The position numbers and the translations under genes are program-made. A DNA stretch of 42,909 nucleotides from Seison nebaliae (lineage: Eukaryota): contig JALJEE010001297.1 of NCBI GenBank assembly GCA_023231475.1, positions 1 through 42,909 of the forward strand, read 5' to 3'. Positions 1 through 10,949 of this stretch are shown piece by piece (position 1 is the stretch's first letter; the number at the start of each line of letters is the position of its first letter). Below the pieces are notes generated by a model. That model was not told the origin of the DNA and made no database searches. It saw nothing but the letters and a program-made list of their open reading frames with translations.

Positions 1-141
1 AACGAATAAAAACTTATAAAAACTTTCCTAAAAAACTAGTTTATTAATTAAAACTTTTTTCGAAAAGTTTTTATTAATAAAAACTTATAAAAACTTTAGG
101 AGGAAAAAAGTTTAAACTAAAAACTAGTTTTTACTGTCACC
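1..141. repeat. AT-rich palindromic/direct-repeat cluster, possibly the end of a foldback or MITE element cut by the window edge
   Basis: 22-nt direct repeat AATAAAAACTTATAAAAACTTT at 5-26 and 76-97; palindromes AAAAACTAGTTTTT (119-132) and AAAACTTTT..CG..AAAAGTTTT (~50-71); the pattern ends abruptly at ...ACTGTCACCG followed by TA. Confidence 0.4.
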
Positions 142-863
142 GTATGATGGAAGTTCCCTTGTTAGTAGTCTTTGAACGTTCACTTCGCAACACTGATCTG
201 AGTATGATCATCAGTCCAAATTAACCAAAAGTTGTGTCATGATTCAGTGTCTGATTACTTTAAATTTCTTTTGTACTTTCAACAGCAAAATTACATAACT
301 ACAGCAAGATTAACAGTGTGAAATAAAAAATGATAAGTGTTCTAACAAAATTTTGCACTAAAATTTGAATATAGTTCTACTCACAAGTTCTATTTGTCAG
401 TAGAACTATCCATAATTTTTTAAAAAGGAATAGAAATGTCGAACGAAAAAGGTACGGTGAATAATGATGTGTCCGTTGTTGTTTATTTATAGATATTGAT
501 TTATTTGTTTGAAGATTTTACAAGATCTGTTGTTAGCGAGACAGAAGATTGGGGAGTATATATAAACATTAAACTACGAATAACCGAAAAATATAAAGTG
601 TAATAAATAGTTTGAACGAATCCTATATTAGTAGAGTGTCCGGCTAAATATCATTTGAGGAAGGTTAAATGATTAATAAAATGCATTTGAATATCTTGAA
701 TAATGGTTAGAGTAGGGGAGAGTTTACGACTGAGTTCAACAGAAGACATCTTACGTACTGCATTGGTCTAATGAAAAATTTTTGTTTCTTCCTTTTTCCA
801 AATAACTTCCATAGGGAATTGGAAACTATTTTGGAAAATCTACAGCAATCAATTAGAGAACCC

Positions 864-907
864 ATATATATATATATATAAATATATGTATATATATATA
901 TATATAT
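864..907. repeat. Interrupted (TA)n microsatellite
   Basis: Directly visible TA run with two interruptions. Confidence 0.9.
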
Positions 908-1092
908 TAATTTATCCCAGATACTAGGATCACTAAGCAGAATGACGTTGTTAAATTAAAGTAGAATAATGTACAGTTGTCAAATCGTAGAAGTTGTTGA
1001 ATTTAAAAATCAGATTGATGAAGAATAATTTAATGGAAGCTTCTCTAGTCAAGGGAGGGAGATATTCATAAATTTATTGTTACATAAATGTA

Positions 1093-1106
1093 GTTGTCAT
1101 GGCAAC
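1093..1106. promoter_or_regulatory. Candidate RFX X-box
   Basis: GTTGTCATGGCAAC fits the X-box consensus GTHNYY-AT-RRNAAC and is one mismatch from the palindrome GTTGCCATGGCAAC; it lies 270 nt upstream of the TLR-like ATG. Confidence 0.45.
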
Positions 1107-1375
1107 GAATAACTGGAGAAAACATATTTATACACCAAAGCTTCCGTTGATTGAAGGTAAGAACATTTTCATAAATTCCACTAGAGAAGAAGAGGAAAGG
1201 GCGAAAACTTAATCAACTAAAGTCTATTTTCTGCTTCTTATTAAACCATAAAAAACCAATTCAAGACTAATACCATATATCGGTGGAATTACATCGGAAG
1301 GAAAATTAGAATTAAAAATTTCTTCAATTCTTCTGTTGAAAGTGAAAATTGGAGAATCATTTGAGAAAAGCGAGA

Positions 1376-3106
1376 ATGAAATTTTGGATACTTCTCTTCT
1401 GCTATGCGTTTCCCATCCTCTACACTTCATTGGAAGGAGCGGATACTTGTGCCAGTTTAGTTAGTACAACGAACAATTTAGGTAAGAAGATCTTGCAATA
1501 TAAATGTAATGCAAATGACGGCAATCCGATTGATGTGACGAAGCTCTTCATATCCAGAGGTGATCTATTCACTGAAATTGACATGCAACCAAATAATTAC
1601 AAAGAAGTACCTCCAATTTTCCATCATTATCACAATGTTGAAACGGTGAAATTGGGAAATAATCAATTGACGACGATTAATGAAGAGTTTTCCGATTTAA
1701 ACAAATTGAAAGTTTTATTATTGAACAATAACGAAATTGAGGAGATGAAAGAGAATTCTTTTGCCAATGCTAAATCGATTGAAGTACTCGATTTATCTCA
1801 TAACAAATTAACTAATATTTCATGGAAGATATTGGATAGTTTGAATAATTTGAAGATTTTGAAATTGAATTCTAACAAACTAAAACGGATTAGTCTTTTA
1901 TCAATCGCTCATATCTCAAATAAATTGACTATATTGGAATTAGAAGATAATGAAATAATTGAAATTAATTCTCAGACGACTGATGAGAAGATAAACAATA
2001 TCATATCTCCTGCTCTCTCCATTCGATTGTGGAAGCAGAATAGTTTCATTAAAATTTCAAGTGAATTATTCTCCATCTTAACCATCCACCATCAGAATCG
2101 TTTGATTGATGTTCTTAAACTCATTTCTAATGATTCGATTGAACATCAAAAATTCATTTGTCATAACAATATTTTGGTGTATGTGAAAGATGTTCAATTA
2201 GATAATCTACTCGATGGTCAATGTTCGAATAATGATGGCAATTTTTTCCGATTTCTTAATTGTCGCAATGATAAGATTTGTCAAGATCCATTTCTAAATA
2301 ATATGAATAATCAGAATCCATTACCTGAACCAGAAGAATTGGTGGATGATGAAAAAGAAGAGGAGGCAAATGGGAAAATGAACAAAAATGCTCCCTATGC
2401 TGCCACTCTTCTATTGATTCCTCTTGTCATTCTAATTGTTCTGTTGAGTCAAAGGAAATGTCGAGAAAAGTTCTTCATGCAAACCGGTTTCCATCCGTTT
2501 GATAATGATCCCGAATATTTCGATATGAAACAATTAGACGCAATCATCTTCCACACAAAAGATGGCTCACAATTCGTGGATGAGAAGTTAAGTGGGGAAT
2601 TGCAGGATTATAACACAATCACCAAAATGATCGTTTCATCAAATACTTTCTCTCAATATGATGCGAACGAGTTGAGTCGAGCTAAACGTGTCATCATTTG
2701 TCTGACGATTGAATTTGTTACATTAGCCTGGGCAGATACGGATCTCCAACAAGCAATTAAAGAATTATTGAAAACGAAACAAACGAAAATAATCGTCATT
2801 CATGTGCACAAGATCAATCAACGTGAAGTTTCTTTAAATTTAAATTAACATTTCTCATTTTATTTCTTTTTCAAGTTAAAAGATCAATTCAATTTAACAT
2901 GTTGCACATCTCAACGATATGATATGAAAGGATATGGAAATAATTTACGTCAAAAATTATTTTATGCTATGCCACAAAAGAAACCGATAAATCCTACTAA
3001 TCAATCCAGTAACGGAATTCCACGATCAATTCAACGGAGAATGCACATTCCCTCATATTCGAGGAAGTTGCCCAAAATGGAAAAGAAGGACGACTTTCTA
3101 ACATAA
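1376..3106 (+). CDS. Toll-like receptor-type protein (signal peptide, LRRs, TM, TIR), ~560 aa; exons 1376-2827 and 2876-3106
   Basis: Signal peptide MKFWILLFCYAFPILYTSLEG; LRRs (LKVLLLNNNEI, IEVLDLSHNKL, LKILKLNSNKL, LTILELEDNEI); TM LLLIPLVILIVLLS. TIR box1-like LDAIIFH, AKRVIICLT..F...W and KIIVI follow. A 48-nt phase-0 GT-AG intron (2828-2875) joins ORF 2924-3106, which supplies the box3-like KLFYAMP. True ATG is 1376; the ORF track start is TTG. Confidence 0.85.
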
Positions 3107-4370
3107 TCTATAAATCTTATTCGATAATGAAGAAAAATGAAGAGATGGACATAAAGATTCAGTTTTGTTCATATATCCATTAAAGAAATCGATCGATTTC
3201 ATTCGTTTCCGATAAATTAATGAATCGATTCCAACACATTTCTCATTTCCACATTTCGCCACAAGACAATTCTTTCTCGTGTCATATATTACAGTGCCAA
3301 TTGGATTGTTCGTCTTGTCCATCCATATCGGTCGACGTCTCATTGACATTATCTTTAATTTCTTTCCATTCAACATCGTTCTCAATGGTTTCTTCATACC
3401 ATTAATCGTTTCGTGATATAATATAAGTGAAATTTTTTTTTTAAAAAAAATTAAATTTTCCCAAAAAACAAAAGGAATTATTTCATCCCAATGAATTCAT
3501 TTTGTGGAAGAGAATTCTAACGATTTCTGAAAGTGCTCGATATTGACGAAGTATCAATTCCGCATCCTGGTGCCAATCTATATCGAAATCAGAAGATGTT
3601 AATCTTCTGGCTGTGAAGAATGTCTCATGAATGAATTATTTTGAACGGGAAAAAAAAACCGATTGGAAAATTTTCATCGATTTGTTTTCTTCGATTTCTT
3701 TCAATGAAATCTCCTTCGATGATTTCTTCTGTTAATTCTTTTAGAAGTTTTATAATCTGCATATGAAAAATTGGAGAAATAGGAATGAGAATAATTGAGA
3801 AACTAATTGACTACTTAAATCGGATAATTCCTCCAATAATTCCATCGTCATCATTCTGGTTCTCTCATTTATTTCATAGATTTGTTGATCGATGATATCT
3901 CCAGTATCAAATTGATTTTGATCAATTCTCATTAAACTGACACCAGTTATTTGATCATTAGTTAAAATAGTGAATGGTATTGGAGATGCACCTCTCCATC
4001 GTGGCAATAGAGATGGATGAATATTTATAATTCCACTAAACAATTCCAAATGAATAGTAAAAAGGAAAAGAAACTTTGGAAGGAATTGACGAATAATCTG
4101 TTCACTAATCAAACGACCATAACTTGCCACAACACCAAATTGTCGACCAATCGACCAAATGAAATGGGGACAAGATGTATGAACATTAGTTGGAATATAA
4201 TCTATTTGTTTCGCAAATAATTGAATTGGATTGAACGATTTACTTTTTCCAATCGTCACAATATCAAGTTGATGAAAGAATTTGGAAGAGTTGTTCGCTT
4301 CTAAAATATTTTGAAGAATCTTTACGGAAAAGATATCAGAGCCGAAATAAGTTAAACGATTCAACTTCAT
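3098..4370 (-). CDS. MTFMT: Mitochondrial methionyl-tRNA formyltransferase, ~335 aa; exons 4370-4075, 4035-3804, 3756-3660, 3610-3522, 3391-3098
   Basis: Formyltransferase motifs YFGSD.FS, GVVASYG, GIINIHPSLLPRWRGASPI, TGVSLMRI..FDTGDII; C-terminal IDW..LRQYRAL and DFFNGY typical of animal MTFMT. Four GT-AG introns (39, 47, 49, 130 nt) restore one frame of 1008 nt. Confidence 0.92.
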
Positions 4371-4754
4371 TCAAAGAGAAAAATTTGAAATACTCTTCAG
4401 CTTAATATGGAAAATGTGAGAAATAGAAGGAATGAAATAAAAGGAAAATTTTAATGTAATATATAAATTCTCATATTTTAAATTTATGGGGAAGAAAATT
4501 TCATCTAAAATTATGAAGCTAAAAATATTATATTTCCAAATGTTTCTCTTAAAAAGAAAAGGATGAACATCGTTTTCACTCTATCGAGATCACCATCACT
4601 ATACATGAATTATAAAAAAAAAAGAATAATAATTGTTGTTGAGAATGATTTGGTTGGATGAGAAGAAACGTTGAAGATCGTTCGGATTGTGAGAAAATAT
4701 TGTGAATAAAAAGAATTTAAAAAAAATTGGAATATGTTTGTGTGAGAATTTTAA

Positions 4755-6664
4755 TTATTTGATGTCACTAAAAATGGATCGACGAGAGCCTTCTCTCAAA
4801 CTGACGACATGTCCTCCCTTTTTTGTATTGGGTTTCGTCGTCCCAGGTAAACGACTCCAGAATGAATCATATTGAGATGGACGTGCAAAAGAGTTTGGTG
4901 AATAGAAATTGACATTTTTCTCCTTATCAAAACGATTGAACATGTTCGTTGTCCAATCGTTCTTTTTAACTGGATGTTTTGTTGGAGAATTGATAGTGAT
5001 GAATTGATGGCAAATGGAAAAAAGATTTTCATCTTTCTCTTCTTCTTCATCTTCATTCTCATCATACATTCCATCTGAATCATTACTATCACTTTCACTC
5101 ATTTGAATGAATTGTTGAGATTTGTCTTCAATCGATTCTATATCATTTATCTTCTCTTCTTCTTTAATTATTTCTTTATTTTCTTTAATTATTTCTTTAT
5201 TCTCTTTAATTATTTCTTCTTCATATTTCGTTGATGGAGTTAATTCTTCAATTTCATCACACTTCTTACGAAGAAGGAACTTCTTTCGAGTTTGTATGGC
5301 AATTGATCGAATTGAAGGATTTCTTTCGGAATTCCTTTTCGTTAAATCGAGATTCATCTCCTCTAATTCAGTAATACGTGCACCGAGCATTCGATTCGAT
5401 CTCTTCATGTGACGGAGTTCGATCGTCTTATCTTGTAACGTCTCCAAAAGCGCTTTGAGGAGTGTCTGCAACGTCTGCATATTCGTTCGCGTCGTCTTGA
5501 ATGTATTGGAGAGATATTCCTGTACTTGTTGTTGATTGATGATCTTCACTTCATCTTCATCTCCCAAACAACCGATATTACCATTGATCTTCTGTTTCAC
5601 TTTCAATTTCTTCAAATTCTTCTTTTGAAGCGATTTCTCATTCTCCAACAGAATTATTCGATTCTTCAAATACAAATTATCTGATTGTAATGATGCCACG
5701 TCGAAATATTCTTTCTTTCCTTCCTCACAACTTCGTTCATTTGTATTATACTCATTATTCTGGAATAATAAATTCATTTGTTCTATACGATTATTCAATT
5801 CCACTTTCTCTTCCTTCAAATCTTTCGTTATACATCTCTCTGATTTCAATTCCACTTGTACATCTCTTAACTGCATATGAAAATTAAAAGATTATTTAGA
5901 AGAAATGATAATCATTTTCGTATGACGTAACTTTTCCTTTTAATTCTTCTAAATCCTTCAAATGTTGTTCATTCCCGTTCGATAATTGTGAAGAGAGACT
6001 CATATTCATCTCGTCGAAACAAACAGAATAAGATGAAGTGAGTTGATTGGGAGTGAATCCTTTCTTCAATTTCATCCTCTTTCTCATTAACTTTCATTAA
6101 ATTTTTAATATTTTCACTCTTCAAACAAATGGAGAACTTTAAGATCATCATATGCATCGAATACTTTCTCTCTCAAATCGTCCCTTTCGTATTGAACAAA
6201 ATTAAGATGTTCTTTCGATCTCACTAATAATTTGATTAGATTCTTCAATTACCAATTATCAATTGAGAAAGTTGAATTTGATGAATTGATTGAAAATAAA
6301 ACCTCTTTATCCATATGTCGATAATAGTTACATTCTGCTTTGCACTTCTCATCAATCATCTCATTGGGAACCATTTCTTCCAAATCATCTCCAACATTTC
6401 TCTATTGAATGAAGATTTCAAATGAAAATCAAGAACAATCACTCCAACATTACAAGTGGAAATACTTTTCAATTTTTCATTCTCCTCTAAAACTTCACTC
6501 AACTTCTCTACCAATGTCTCGAATCCATGCTCCTTCTCAATAATTCGTGATTGTAACTCTTTTATTTGTTGAATCTCACAACGCTTCTCATCCTTTGAAA
6601 AATAAATAAAAAAAATTCAAATTTTTTCTATATCAAATCCATTTAAATTAACTTTCAATGTCAT
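4755..6664 (-). CDS. CCDC149: Coiled-coil domain-containing protein 149-like (DUF2353), ~544 aa; exons 6664-6653, 6592-6449, 6401-6303, 6242-6138, 6090-5932, 5870-4755
   Basis: Segments NLIKLL..SKE, FDVASLQSDNLYLKNRI..LENEK, QQVQEYLS and LKALLETLQDKTIELRHMKRSNRMLGARITELE match recalled CCDC149 motifs ([43 protein letters not shown]). Five phase-0 introns of 47-61 nt keep the frame. The first micro-exon is the least certain part. Confidence 0.8.
5161..5218. repeat. Coding 21-bp tandem repeat (~2.7 copies) encoding EIIKENK repeats in CCDC149
   Basis: TCTTTAATTATTTCTTTATT(T/C) repeated at 5161, 5182 and 5203. Confidence 0.85.
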
Positions 6665-7048
6665 TGTTCGATTTCTCTCTACATGTCATCGGAAAAATTT
6701 AATCTGTTTATTATTTCCATTTTTCCCAATTCTCCTGCGAACGAGATATGTTTTTTTACACATAAATCCTTAAACTTCTTCTCTCTATCAATATATGATG
6801 GAAGGAAGAATGGAAATAAAAAGAAAAAATGAATAATAAGATATTTAAAGATTGTAGCTTCTCATCAATATTACAATAACAAATTATTTTACGTAATCTC
6901 TCAAATTATTGGGAAAAAATTGTTTTTTAAATGTGATAAGAATTGTCGTTATAATTTACATCAAATTTATCATTTATTAATTACACACAAATCATTAAAC
7001 TCATTATTTTTAATCTCATCACATTATTTTTATAAATTTTCTTTATTT

Positions 7049-7090
7049 AATTCTTACAATTAATTCTTACAATTAATTCTTACAATTCTT
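7049..7090. repeat. 13-bp tandem repeat AATTCTTACAATT x3
   Basis: Visible directly; a related AATTCTTACA doublet recurs at ~8140-8161 on the other side of MRPS25. Confidence 0.7.
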
Positions 7091-7293
7091 AGTTTTTTTT
7101 TCTTCTTTCCATATCATACACGAAGAAAGAAAGATTCATACGAATGACTTAACTTCTGCATAGCAGTTTATCTAGATTTTGATTTTGGAAAGTTTCGGTC
7201 TTTTACACTTACATAATATTCGATTCGAGTCGAATGTGTTTCTGTATTTTTGTCTTTAAGAAGATGAAAGTAAAAAAAAGGAATATAATAAAA

Positions 7294-7887
7294 TTATTTT
7301 GATTTTTCCCAATACTCTTTCATCGCTTCTTTATCTGACTTCTTTTCTCTGATTTCTTCCAATGCATCTTTCTCATAATATGAATATTTGCCACGTAGGA
7401 ATTCAGGTAACAATTTCTCTGATGGACACGATACTTGCCCATAAATCTCACAAATACAATGACGTTGATAATCCACTCCGAAATTCGCGTCATTCACTTG
7501 TTGCTCCATATTACGTTGTTGTTGTTCTTGTTCGATTTGAGATTGAGATTTACAAAAGATCTTCTTGATCCAATCATGAATATCTTGTCGATTACGCTGA
7601 AAACAATCGATATGATGTTTTTTCGTATTATTCATTTGGTCGAGTGTGTAGATGGTGAGAAAGGATGTCGGAGTCACATCCTCCAATGTGATACAATGAA
7701 CATCAGGATTCTTGTATTGTAGTTGAGGTAGATGCCAAAAGATGAATCTTCTCAATCCTTCTCCTTCCTCCAACTTCGACGAATAATTCATTGAGATAAT
7801 TCTAATGTTATCTCTCAAATATAATTGTCCATTCTGTAAATATTTGATGGTGCGCCTAACAGGCGCTGCACCTTTCATAAAAGGCAT
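7294..7887 (-). CDS. MRPS25: Mitochondrial small-subunit ribosomal protein mS25, intronless, 197 aa
   Basis: N-terminus MPFMKGAAPVRRTIKYL, G.R.FIFWHLPQLQYKNPDV, and the C-terminal ANFG....RHCICEIYGQVSCP..LP..LRGKY signature of animal MRPS25. Confidence 0.95.
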   Translation of the reverse strand: MPFMKGAAPVRRTIKYLQNGQLYLRDNIRIISMNYSSKLEEGEGLRRFIFWHLPQLQYKNPDVHCITLEDVTPTSFLTIYTLDQMNNTKKHHIDCFQRNRQDIHDWIKKIFCKSQSQIEQEQQQRNMEQQVNDANFGVDYQRHCICEIYGQVSCPSEKLLPEFLRGKYSYYEKDALEEIREKKSDKEAMKEYWEKSK

Positions 7888-8606
7888 TATGGAAAAAGAA
7901 GAAAATAATTTTTTTTGAATTTTATCAAAAACTCATCAAAGACTAGAAATTTAAGAGAATTTGAAATTCAAAAGTTTTTATTCTAATTAGAATATTTTGG
8001 GATTGATGAGAAAAATATTTGGAAGTAGATAGAAAAGAACATAAAAGAAGAACTCGATTATATTTACGATAATGATAAATGGATATTAATCTTTTTTATA
8101 AATTTCATTTTAATTAATTGTTTAATAAATTTTTTCCATAATTCTTACAATAATTCTTACATTATTTCAAATAAATAGAACAATCAGGATTAATTTCCAT
8201 TAAATATTTCCTAATCATTATTGATGTTTTTATTGGATTTTTCCGTTCTTATAAATTATCTATGGATTCGTCGTTTTATGAATGAAAATAATTTTTAGTT
8301 TTGGATCGGATTTTCATTTGTTCATAATTGAAATCGATAGGATTGAATTGAAGCTCAAATTATCAATAGGAAAAAAGGAGAAACATGAAGCCAAGTTTTT
8401 GAATGAACCAGTTGAATATTATAATATAATTATCTCTTAATGGTCGAGATAATTACTAGGATGATGCGACACTCTAAAGTGAAAGCAGAAGTTGATTATA
8501 TGAAAAAGTTTAAATTACCTCAAGATCGTTTCTTTTCGAATAACATTGCGAAATGAGTGTTTCTAATTGAATATGAATGAATCTCTTTAAACAAGATATT
8601 TATATT

Positions 8607-8631
8607 TATATATATATATATATATATATAT
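8607..8631. repeat. (TA)n microsatellite
   Basis: Directly visible. Confidence 0.9.
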
Positions 8632-8752
8632 TAAACGTTCTGTTATTAGATACTCTACAATTTTCTGTTTTTTCTATTCACTTTGATACAATTCATTCTC
8701 TTCCTTCCAAACAATAATAGTTTCCTTTTACAATTCTCATTTTTTGACAGAA

Positions 8753-10452
8753 ATGGGTAAAGGTGGACGAGCCGTACAGGAACACCCAACAGATTTTCTA
8801 GAGAATATAACAAACGAACAGACCTTCGGTTCGGCTTTTCCTCCATCCATCTTTATTCCATCTCTTTCATTTCTCTTTAAGATAGCGAGAGTAAACGATT
8901 ATTTACTTGGGAACAATTGAACTATCATACACGTACACAACCGAATGAATATTGGATTGTTGTGAATGGACATGTGTTGGATGTCACCAATTTCTTACGA
9001 CGTCATCCTGGAGGTACGCGATTATTGAAACATTATAATGGTCAGAATGCAACGGAAGCTTTTCTCGCTTTCCACAAACACATGGAAAAGACTGAAAGTA
9101 TGTTTAAGAAATATTGTATTGGTCGATTGGACGAACAACAGGAATGGTCATTGGTCAATCGATTGAGTGATGGCGATTTGGATGTATCGAAAGAAGAGAA
9201 AGTATTAGCGAACGATTTTGAAAAAGATAAACAACTTCGAAATGATTTCGAACAAGTCCGTCAATTGGCTGTAGAGAAAGTTTTTTTTTTTTTCTCTCAA
9301 AATTTTCTTTCAAAATTTCTTCTCTTTCTAAAGAATCTTTTCGAGCCGAGCAAACTCTTCTTTTTTAGTCATTTTGCACATATCGTCCTTATTGAATTGA
9401 TCGGATTTATGATTGCGTACAATTTTGGAATTAACTCTTGGATTCCATATTTCGCTTCAATTCTCTGTTATCTAGTAGCGGAATCACAAGCTGGTTGGTT
9501 ACAACATGATTTCGGTCATTCTTCAGTATTCCCCAAAACTTGGATGGACAAACGATTTCATCAAGTCTTTATGGGTTATTTTAAGGTTAGTTAATTATTA
9601 TTATATTTAAAATGAATTATTTATATTTTGGAATATTTCGAATATTTAGGGTGCTTCTTCTGGATGGTGGAATCATTTACATTTCCAACATCATGCCAAG
9701 CCGAATTGCATTGGAAAAGATCCGGATGTACGTGTTGATCCCGTTTTCATTATTGGGAAGCATATGGTTGAGAAGTATGCGAAACGATGTAGTAAAGTCA
9801 AATATTTCCTGCCCTACAATTGGCAACATGTTTATTTCGTAATTGCTGGTCCACTTCTCTTTCCCTTATTCATGGGTATTATGACAATCAGACATGCATT
9901 CGTTCGACGCGATTATAAGGAACTCTTTTACATTTCTTTATTTTACTTCAAATTCACATACTTGATACCGGCTCATGGAATTTTGATGATGATGAGATAT
10001 GTCTTCTTCTTGAGAATGATGGAGAGTACGTGGTTCACTTTAGTCACTCAGAGTAATCATGTTGTCATGGAGATCGATGAAGATAAACGTGATGCTTGGC
10101 TACCAGCTCAAGTTTAATTCTCATCCTCTCTTCCACTAATTAATAATTTCCATTTTAGCTTCGTGCCACATGTAACATTGAACAGAGTTTCTTCAACGAC
10201 TGGTTCACTGGACATCTTAATTTCCAAATAGAACATCATCTATTCCCGAGAATGCCTCGACATAATTTACATAAGATTGCTCCGAAGATTAAGGAGTTGT
10301 GTCGAAAACATTCGGTACGATATGAAGTGAAACCGTTGTTGGGAGCATTCTATGATATTGTATGCACTCTGGAGAAGTTCGGACAATTGTGGTTCGAAGC
10401 ATACAATGAATTTATAGATATGCAGAACAATGTGAAAGCTAAAGAAGAATAA
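8753..10452 (+). CDS. Front-end (delta-5/delta-6 type) fatty acyl desaturase, FADS1/2-like, ~493 aa; exons 8753-8828, 8882-9279, 9334-9585, 9650-10111, 10159-10452
   Basis: MGKGG start; cytochrome b5 domain with HPGG; histidine boxes HDFGH, HFQHH ([14 protein letters not shown]) and QIEHH ([19 protein letters not shown]). Four GT-AG introns (53, 54, 64, 47 nt) give a 1482-nt frame. Regiospecificity cannot be read from sequence. Confidence 0.93.
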
Positions 10453-10918
10453 TTAATTTATAGTCAACTAATTATTATGAAAATACTTCTGCTCGTTCCG
10501 TCACTTAAAATGATTTTTCTATATTTTCCAATTGTTATTAATATTTTAATCGAATTACAGGGGAGAAAGCAAATTTATCAGTTTATTTCTCATCAAATGA
10601 ACGAATTTCCTTTAAAACAAATTTAATTCAAACAATCGTTTTCTATTCTACTCAATTTTCCATCTCATCCTTAATTATCTTTCTTCTTTTTTTTTGATTC
10701 GTTGAATTCAACGCAGTAATTTTAATTTAACTGTTTTTATTATCATCGATCATTTCTTCTAAATCATCATAGTGGTTCTAATCTACAATTTCACGATTCT
10801 CCAACTTGAATCTTTTCATCATCTCATTTCTAATCAACGAGTGAGTCAACAAATTTCGCTGAAATAGCAAGACAAGAACAGGATTATTTTCTTTCTTTCT
10901 TTCTATTATTCATCGTAT

Positions 10919-10920
<2 letters not shown>

Positions 10921-10947
<27 letters not shown>
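10921..10947. repeat. (GTT)9 microsatellite
   Basis: Directly visible perfect repeat. Confidence 0.95.

Positions 10948-10949
<2 letters not shown>

Noticed and set aside
1349..1375. ORF-track N-terminal extensions from TTG starts (also 41425 and 8917)
   Set aside because: These are bacterial-style start calls; the eukaryotic ATG or a splice junction explains each.
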